A stretch of DNA of 64,000 nucleotides, taken from the NCBI GenBank assembly GCA_024654525.1, contig JANLHI010000002.1, positions 16,496-80,495 of the forward strand, written 5' to 3'. Position 1 is the stretch's first letter, and every line of letters begins with the position of its first letter. A program made the position numbers and the translations under genes. This DNA comes from Patescibacteria group bacterium (GTDB lineage Bacteria > Patescibacteriota > Minisyncoccia > UBA6257 > 2-01-FULL-56-20). This document shows positions 57,400 through 64,000 of the stretch, piece by piece. A model generated the notes under the pieces. It did not search any database, was not told where the DNA came from, and saw only the letters and a program-made list of their open reading frames with translations.

Positions 57400-58767
57400 A
57401 TGGCCGAATTGATGGATAAAATTGTTTCGCTTTCGAAGCGCAGGGGATTTGTGTTTCCCGGATCCGAAATTTACGGAGGATTTGCATCCACATATGATTT
57501 TGGCCCCCTCGGATTTTTGCTGAAAAAAAATATCGAAAAAGCATGGCGTTATTGGAATGTTGAAAGCCGTACTGATGTGGTGGAGATTGAGGGGGCGATT
57601 TTTCTGCATCCCAAGGTGTGGGAAGCAAGCGGGCATGTCGGCGGATTTGCCGATGTATTGGTGGAGGATATGGTTACCCATAAACGATACCGCGCAGACC
57701 ATCTCATCGAAGAAGCAGGGATTTTGGAAAATGCCGGCGCTTTAAAACCGAAGGAAATAGATGAAATAATTGGCAATCATCACTTGAAAAGTCCTGAAGG
57801 AAATCAGCTTTCATCAGCAAAGCTTTTTAATTTATTAGTGAAGACCCACTTGGGTCCGGTGGAAAGCGATGCCACGGTTGCATATCTTAAAGGGGAAAGT
57901 TGTCAGAATATCTATGTCGACTATAAATCGGTTCAGGAAACGACGCGACGCAAACTTCCGTTTGGCATTGCGCAAATCGGCAAAGCATTTCGGAACGAAA
58001 TCACGGTAAAAAACTTCTTATTCCGTACTCGTGAATTTGAGCAGATGGATATGCAATATTTTGTCCGACCGGAAGATGCGGATAACTATTACGATGAGTG
58101 GAAAAAGAATCGAGATGCATTTTATACGGAATGCATGAGTTTTAAGAAGGAAAATATAAAGTGGAGACAACATGCTCCCGACGAGCGAGCGTTTTATGCC
58201 AAAGACGCGTGGGATGTCCAATATAAATTCGGAGAATTGGGCTTTCAGGAAATTGAAGGAGTCCATAATCGCGGCACGTATGATTTGGATCAGCATGCAA
58301 AGTTCTCCGGCCAAGACCTTTCTTATTTTGATGAAGAAACAAAGAAACGTTTCAATCCCGCGGTAGTGGAATGTTCCGGAGGATTCAATCGGTTGTTTTT
58401 GGCGACACTGTTCGAATTTTATAAAGAAGAAAAGGAGCGTACCGTGTTGGCATTTCCACCTCGTCTCGCGCCCTATAAAGCCGCAGTATTTCCTCTTTTG
58501 GCAAATAAACCTCAATTAGTTGATAAGGCGCGAGAGGTGTATGATGCGTTACGCAAAAATTTCATGATAGCGTGGGATGACAGGGGAAATATCGGCAAGC
58601 GGTATTATTCGCAAGACGAGATAGGAACACCTTATTGCATCACGGTGGATTTTGATTCGCTTGAGAAAGACAACGTTACGGTACGTGACCGCGATACCAC
58701 AACACAAGAGCGTGTTGCGATTAAGGATCTCGATAGCTTTTTAAGAGAAAAGATTTCCATGTCGTAG
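57400..58767 (+). CDS. glyS: Glycyl-tRNA synthetase (homodimeric alpha2 type)
   Basis: KRRGFVFPGSEIYGG, QIGKAFRNEI, FRTREFEQM, DEIGTPYCITVDF. Confidence 0.96.
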   Translation: MAELMDKIVSLSKRRGFVFPGSEIYGGFASTYDFGPLGFLLKKNIEKAWRYWNVESRTDVVEIEGAIFLHPKVWEASGHVGGFADVLVEDMVTHKRYRADHLIEEAGILENAGALKPKEIDEIIGNHHLKSPEGNQLSSAKLFNLLVKTHLGPVESDATVAYLKGESCQNIYVDYKSVQETTRRKLPFGIAQIGKAFRNEITVKNFLFRTREFEQMDMQYFVRPEDADNYYDEWKKNRDAFYTECMSFKKENIKWRQHAPDERAFYAKDAWDVQYKFGELGFQEIEGVHNRGTYDLDQHAKFSGQDLSYFDEETKKRFNPAVVECSGGFNRLFLATLFEFYKEEKERTVLAFPPRLAPYKAAVFPLLANKPQLVDKAREVYDALRKNFMIAWDDRGNIGKRYYSQDEIGTPYCITVDFDSLEKDNVTVRDRDTTTQERVAIKDLDSFLREKISMS

Positions 58768-58797
58768 GCAACGCATTATTTTCTATACGTTATTTCT

Positions 58798-60096
58798 ATG
58801 AGTTTTATAGTTCATGGCGGGCGTCCGCTTCAAGGAGAGGTAAAACTTGCAGGGTCAAAAAATGGAACGACAAAACTTATGGTTGCGGCGCTCCTTACCG
58901 ATGAGCCATGCACGTTGCATAATTTCCCTTCCATCGGTGATGTCGCAATCACCGCGGAACTTTGCAGGAAAATAGGAAGTGTCATCACTATACGCGATGG
59001 GAGTGCAACGATACACACGCCGGAAATCAAACAGAATAAAGTGGTAGAGCTTTCAAGAAGAAACCGTATTCCGATTCTTGCGATGGGCCCGCTTCTTGCG
59101 CGCGCAGGAGAGGCGGAAGTACCTATTTTGGGAGGCGATAAAATTGGACCACGTCCCGTCGATTTTCACTTGGATGCGCTTCGGGCGCTTGGCGCGACGG
59201 TGGAAGTTACCAAAACAAGCTATCTTGCTCGTGCGCCACAAGGACTCCGTGGAGCTTCAATCTCGCTTCCTTTTCCAAGCGTGGGAGCAACCGAGACAAG
59301 TATTCTTGCCGCGGTGCTTGCAAAGGGGGAAACGACTATAACGAACGCCGCATTGGAGCCGGAAATTATCAGTATGGTAAAGATGCTCCAAAATATGGGT
59401 GCCATTATTGAGCTTGGTGCAAATCGCGATATCTATATCGAAGGAGTTTCAAAACTTCGTGGTGTGGTGCATGAGATTATTCCAGACAGGAACGAAGCGG
59501 TGTCTTTTGCGTGTCTTGCGATTGCGACCGGAGGAGAAATTCTTGTACGCGGAGCGATACAGGATCATCTCATCACTTTCCTGAATGCGGTGCGTCGCGT
59601 GGGAGCGGAATATCGCGTTGTCTCGGGGGGTATTGTTTTTTTCCGTCCCGGACCGCTTCGCGCAATTACGGTTACTACTGCGCCACATCCGGGATTTATG
59701 ACAGACTGGCAACAACCATTTGCCGTGCTTCTTACGCAGGCACAAGGAATTTCATATATCCATGAAACCATTTATGAAGATCGTTTTGCATACGCTGAAG
59801 ATTTACGAGCGTTTGGAGCGCGTATATCCGTGGCGTATGAATGTCCCGCCGCGCAATGCAGATTTTTTGGAAAGAAATGCAATCACGTTGCGGCAATCGA
59901 AGGCCCCGTTGAACTCAATGCCGATGGAAAAGAATTTCATGTTCGTGATTTGCGTTCGGGAATGATCGATATTATCGCGGCGCTCGTATCCAAAGGAAAA
60001 ATGCGCATTGAAGGTGTTGATGAAATAGATCGCGGCTACGAACGAATTGATGAGCGGTTGCGGAAGCTTGGAGGGGATATCAAAAGAGAGGAATAG
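58798..60096 (+). CDS. murA: UDP-N-acetylglucosamine 1-carboxyvinyltransferase
   Basis: GSKN, GGDKIGPRPVDFH, SVGATE, PHPGFMTD, DRGYE. Confidence 0.95.
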   Translation: MSFIVHGGRPLQGEVKLAGSKNGTTKLMVAALLTDEPCTLHNFPSIGDVAITAELCRKIGSVITIRDGSATIHTPEIKQNKVVELSRRNRIPILAMGPLLARAGEAEVPILGGDKIGPRPVDFHLDALRALGATVEVTKTSYLARAPQGLRGASISLPFPSVGATETSILAAVLAKGETTITNAALEPEIISMVKMLQNMGAIIELGANRDIYIEGVSKLRGVVHEIIPDRNEAVSFACLAIATGGEILVRGAIQDHLITFLNAVRRVGAEYRVVSGGIVFFRPGPLRAITVTTAPHPGFMTDWQQPFAVLLTQAQGISYIHETIYEDRFAYAEDLRAFGARISVAYECPAAQCRFFGKKCNHVAAIEGPVELNADGKEFHVRDLRSGMIDIIAALVSKGKMRIEGVDEIDRGYERIDERLRKLGGDIKREE

Positions 60097-60177
60097 AACC
60101 GGAAGCTCAATTTTAAATAAGCAAGAAGCGTCCGCTTTCAATTGACCAAGAGGTGGTAGCGCGTTACAGTATATGCG

Positions 60178-61185
60178 ATGTTTACCACAAAAATTGGTAT
60201 CGATTTAGGAACTGCAAATACGGTCATTTATGTTCCCGGAAGGGGATTCATAATCAATGAGCCGACTATTGTTGCGCTCTCAAAACCGGACAATACCGTA
60301 CTTGCGGTAGGGGGTGAGGCGAAGGAAATGATAGGAAGAACGCCCGACGAGATCGTGGCATACCGGCCTCTTAAGGATGGCGTCATTGCCGACTATTATA
60401 TTACGAAAGCGATGCTTACCTATTTTATTGCCAAAGCACGCGGTCGTTTTAATATCTTTCGTCCAGATGTGGTAATCTCCGTTCCCGCAGGTATTACTCA
60501 AACGGAAAGGCGTGCGGTGGTGAATGCGGCGAGAGAAGCGGGTGCACGAAATGCATTCGTGGTGCGGGAACCGGTTTTGGCGGCGCTTGGTGCGGGAATC
60601 CCGATTAATGCGCGATCTGGAAACATGGTAATCAACATGGGGGGTGGTACTTCGGAGGTCGCAGTAATTGCGTTGGGAAATATTGTATCATGGACTTCGC
60701 TTCGTATCGCGGGAAACAAGTTTGATGCCGCAATCACCGAATATATCAAGAAAAAATATGCACTTGCAATCGGAGAGCAAAGTGCGGAGGTGGTAAAAAT
60801 CAACATTGGTGCGGCGATGCCGTCAAAAAACAAGATGGATTACAATGTGCGCGGACGCGATCTATTAAGCGGACTTCCGAAAGATGTAAAAATAACATCA
60901 GATGAAATTGCGGAAGCGCTCAATCATCTTCTTTTGGAGATTGCGGCATCGGTGCAGAACGTATTTAACGATACGCCACCCGAGCTTGTGGCGGATATTA
61001 TGGAAAAAGGAGTTATTCTCTCCGGCGGAAGCGTCCAATTACACCACCTCCCCGATTTTTTTGAACGATTTCTTGGCGTGCCGGCATATGTCGCCGAAGA
61101 TCCTTTGTTTTGTGTTGCGCGCGGTACGGGGATTATCCTAAATCATTTGGATACCTATAAACGTACACTTCTCAATAAAAGATAG
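60178..61185 (+). CDS. mreB: Rod shape-determining protein MreB/Mbl
   Basis: IGIDLGTANT, RPLKDGVIAD, GGGTSEVAVI. Confidence 0.95.
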   Translation: MFTTKIGIDLGTANTVIYVPGRGFIINEPTIVALSKPDNTVLAVGGEAKEMIGRTPDEIVAYRPLKDGVIADYYITKAMLTYFIAKARGRFNIFRPDVVISVPAGITQTERRAVVNAAREAGARNAFVVREPVLAALGAGIPINARSGNMVINMGGGTSEVAVIALGNIVSWTSLRIAGNKFDAAITEYIKKKYALAIGEQSAEVVKINIGAAMPSKNKMDYNVRGRDLLSGLPKDVKITSDEIAEALNHLLLEIAASVQNVFNDTPPELVADIMEKGVILSGGSVQLHHLPDFFERFLGVPAYVAEDPLFCVARGTGIILNHLDTYKRTLLNKR

Positions 61186-61240
61186 CACAATTATTTTTTT
61201 TGATTGTCATTTTGAGATTTGTATTAAATTTTGAATTTCC

Positions 61241-62065
61241 ATGACCTTCGGTCATTCCCGTATTATAAAAACGTTACGCAGTCTCGCCGATGAAAAACGG
61301 ATTGCTCACGGATATCTTTTTTTCGGTCCCGAAGGAGTAGGGAAAAAGCGTATCGCGGAATCGTTCGCACATCATGTCGAAGGGGGATCTTTTTCTCCCT
61401 CGGAACATATTCTGAGCGATATGTTGATGACGGTGCCGGATGCCGAAGAGAAAATAGGAATTGATGCGGTGCGGCGATTAAAAGGTTTTCTTTATAGTAA
61501 GCCGAATATAAGTGTGTATCGATGTGCAATTATAGATGATGCGCACCGCATGACTCCCGAAGCCCAAAATGCATTGCTGAAAATTGCGGAAGAGCCTCCG
61601 CAGTCCGGAGTAGTGATACTTATTACTTCCGATAGAGATGCGTTAATGACCACACTCCGTTCTCGTATACAACAAATATACTTTGCGCCTTTTCCGCAAG
61701 AAAAAATTGAGACATGGCTTTCCGATGTGCATGGATATACTGCAGAAAAAGCAAAAAAATCGGCTCAAGTTTCGTGTGGTGCGCCGGGGAGAGCATTGCA
61801 TGCAACGCCCGATGAGGAAGACTATGACGCCACACAGTTTCTTTTTTCCTCCTTAAAGAGGAAGGATATTGTGAAGAGAATTATTGCACCCGTGGATTTC
61901 AACCTGGCGGATTTTCTCGATCGTTGTATTGCAATACTTGCGCGAGATATGAGAGAAGGAAAAACAATCGATAAAGGGCTGTGGCATCGTATGCTTTCTT
62001 TGCGACAGCGCGCCGCATATGGTACGCTCAATGCACGGATACAGCTTATGGCGTTGATGACGTGA
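61241..62065 (+). CDS. holB: DNA polymerase III delta-prime subunit
   Basis: HGYLFFGPEGVGK, IGIDAVR, AQNALLKIAEEPP, TLRSR. Confidence 0.9.
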   Translation: MTFGHSRIIKTLRSLADEKRIAHGYLFFGPEGVGKKRIAESFAHHVEGGSFSPSEHILSDMLMTVPDAEEKIGIDAVRRLKGFLYSKPNISVYRCAIIDDAHRMTPEAQNALLKIAEEPPQSGVVILITSDRDALMTTLRSRIQQIYFAPFPQEKIETWLSDVHGYTAEKAKKSAQVSCGAPGRALHATPDEEDYDATQFLFSSLKRKDIVKRIIAPVDFNLADFLDRCIAILARDMREGKTIDKGLWHRMLSLRQRAAYGTLNARIQLMALMT

Positions 62066-62099
62066 TCGGCGAATTTACTGTAAGAATTTAACGATAATA

Positions 62100-62657
62100 A
62101 TGGATACAGTTCTCTTTTTAAAGACATTTGAGCAGGAGTTAAAATGTATAGAAGATAAAATTCGCGATACCTTGCGACTTATTCGAAGTAATCGTCCGTC
62201 TGCGGATCTTGTGGGAGATTTGCAAGTGAATTATTACGATCAGTGGTTTAGCGTGAAACAATTGGGAACACTTGCGATGCTTCCTCCTCGAGGAGTGCAA
62301 GTTACCGTATGGGATAAGAGTGCAATCGGTCCCATTACAAAAGCAATTGAAGATGCAAAAGTGGGACTTTCCGTTTCTACGGACGGAATGACGGTTCGCG
62401 CTACTCTTTCGGCACTTTCAAGCGAACGACGCGAAGAACTTGCAAAGACTGTGAAGAAGGAAACGGAAGAATCGCGCATTCGTATTCGTGCGGCGCGAGA
62501 TGAAGCCATTAAAAAACTCAAAACATCGGAAAACGAAGGGCATATAAGCGAAGATATATTGTTCAAAACAAAAGAAAAACTTCAAAAGATAGTAGAGGAA
62601 GCCAATCAAAGCGTGGAGGCGACGCTTGATGCGAAGCTTGCAGAACTTCAAGAATAA
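62100..62657 (+). CDS. frr: Ribosome recycling factor
   Basis: IRSNRPS, LSSERREEL.K...E..RI.IR..R. Confidence 0.93.
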   Translation: MDTVLFLKTFEQELKCIEDKIRDTLRLIRSNRPSADLVGDLQVNYYDQWFSVKQLGTLAMLPPRGVQVTVWDKSAIGPITKAIEDAKVGLSVSTDGMTVRATLSALSSERREELAKTVKKETEESRIRIRAARDEAIKKLKTSENEGHISEDILFKTKEKLQKIVEEANQSVEATLDAKLAELQE

Positions 62658-62659
62658 TC

Positions 62660-63700
62660 ATGTTTATCGCTTTCATTGTCATTATTGGTCTCTCGGTATT
62701 GATTCTTGGTCATGAACTTGGGCATTTTTTCGTGGCAAAATCATTGGGACTTCGTGTTGATGAGTTTGGGTTTGGTTTCCCTCCGCGTATCGCTGCGATT
62801 AAACGGGGAGAAACCGAATATAGTTTGAACTGGCTTCCGTTTGGTGGATTTGTGAAGATTGCCGGCGAAGATGGAGAAGAGGGTGCTCCTGCGCTTACTC
62901 ACGAAGAGAAGAAAAGACTATTTTCATATCAGAAAGCGCGAAGGCGCATAGCGGTGCTTGTTGCGGGTGTGGCGACCAATTTCATTCTCGGATGGTGGTT
63001 TTTTTCCGCGGCACTCATGATGGGAATTCCTCCTGCAATTGTAATAACGGGGACTGCGCCGGAATCTCCCGCGTCAAAGGCGGAGCTTGTAATGGGGGAT
63101 GTGTTTTTGGGGTTTGGGAGCGCGAAGGAGTTTATCGAATATGTGGGCGCACATAAGGGACAACCTGCCGATTTCAGCGTACTGGGAGCCGGTGGAGAGC
63201 GAAAAGTGAGTATGACACCCCGTAGTGATCCTCCGGAGGGAGAAGGGGCTCTTGGCGTTGCATTTGCCGAATCAGGAGAGCCGGCACATGGATTTTTTTC
63301 CGCTCTTTGGAAGGGATTAAATCGCACAGTTGAGATTACATGGCTCACGCTCGTAGGAATGGGTACTATGCTTTACGGGCTTATTGCACAACATCCTGTT
63401 GAAGGAATGGGAAGTGTTGTGGGACCCGTAGGTATTATTACGATTGCACAGCATACCGGACAAATCGGGTTTGCATATCTTTTGGAACTTGTCGGTTTGA
63501 TTTCTATAAACCTCGCAATCATAAATCTTATTCCGTTCCCGGCGCTTGATGGAGGAAGAATTTTGTTTATCGCAATAGAAAAAATAAAAGGAACCCCGAT
63601 TCCTCGCCATGTGGAGGGGATTGCAAATGGAGTGGGATTTCTTGCGCTTATCGCACTTATGGTGTTTGTCACGGTGAGAGATGTGGCGCGATGGTTTTGA
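62660..63700 (+). CDS. rseP: Site-2 (M50) membrane metalloprotease
   Basis: HELGH, GFGFPP, PFGGFV, NLIPFPALDGGR. Confidence 0.93.
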   Translation: MFIAFIVIIGLSVLILGHELGHFFVAKSLGLRVDEFGFGFPPRIAAIKRGETEYSLNWLPFGGFVKIAGEDGEEGAPALTHEEKKRLFSYQKARRRIAVLVAGVATNFILGWWFFSAALMMGIPPAIVITGTAPESPASKAELVMGDVFLGFGSAKEFIEYVGAHKGQPADFSVLGAGGERKVSMTPRSDPPEGEGALGVAFAESGEPAHGFFSALWKGLNRTVEITWLTLVGMGTMLYGLIAQHPVEGMGSVVGPVGIITIAQHTGQIGFAYLLELVGLISINLAIINLIPFPALDGGRILFIAIEKIKGTPIPRHVEGIANGVGFLALIALMVFVTVRDVARWF

Positions 63701-63765
63701 GTAGGGATACTATTTCGTGTGTATTGGTGACTGTAAGATGAGCGGTAGCTGATATTTTAAATTCT

Positions 63766-64000
63766 TTATATGTGGCATGTCCCTCCACCGTTTTTAAGAA
63801 AGTATTGTTGATGATACTCTTCTGCGCGCCAAAATTTTCCCGCAGAGATTATTTCCGTAACAATATTTTTATCTGCATAGCGAGGCGATTGTTGTAGTCC
63901 CTCTTTGGCTTTACGCGCTGAATTTTCTTGTTCTGATGTATGGAAAAAAATCACCGAACGATATTGGGAGCCGATATCCGGACCTTGTCGATTTGAAGTT
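63766..64000 (-). CDS. msrA: Peptide methionine sulfoxide reductase A, C-terminal part (truncated by window)
   Basis: NRQGPDIGSQYRSVIF, FWRAEEYHQQY. Confidence 0.92.
   Translation of the reverse strand, partial: TSNRQGPDIGSQYRSVIFFHTSEQENSARKAKEGLQQSPRYADKNIVTEIISAGKFWRAEEYHQQYFLKNGGGTCHI

Overview
Bacterial chromosome segment using genetic code 11, with the hallmarks of a CPR/Patescibacteria (Parcubacteria-like) genome. It holds a stand-alone 16S rRNA gene (~1463-3529) with three insertions and no anti-Shine-Dalgarno tail, and three tRNAs (Leu-GAG, Ala-CGC, Tyr-GTA), each followed by accessory DNA. Housekeeping genes include rplS, rnhB, rpmF, nusB, rnc, smc-like, uppS, rpsP, khpA, efp, mnmA, rpsB, tsf, recO, glyS, murA, mreB, holB, frr, rseP and msrA. 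The island after tRNA-Ala carries Fic, a type III R-M system with two inserted genes, KTSC/NYN genes and a Doc-type toxin-antitoxin pair. The most interesting observations are: (1) a voltage-sensor domain fused to a complete bestrophin-like channel domain (5446-6576); (2) a four-helix-bundle gene inside the 16S whose arms are 7-nt repeats, with an ORF-less 7-mer hairpin elsewhere in the same 16S and 7-mer tracts scattered in intergenic and coding DNA; (3) a small antisense RNA with two GNRA hairpins at the 3' end of an NYN nuclease gene; (4) many -10 boxes only 5-7 nt before start codons, suggesting leaderless translation; (5) a GIY-YIG relic bracketed by duplicated tRNA-Leu 5' ends; (6) REP-like palindromes inserted in frame in proteins and in the 16S; (7) a pyrF-pyrE module flanked by a duplicated gene end. 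All family assignments come from motif recognition by eye; no searches were run.
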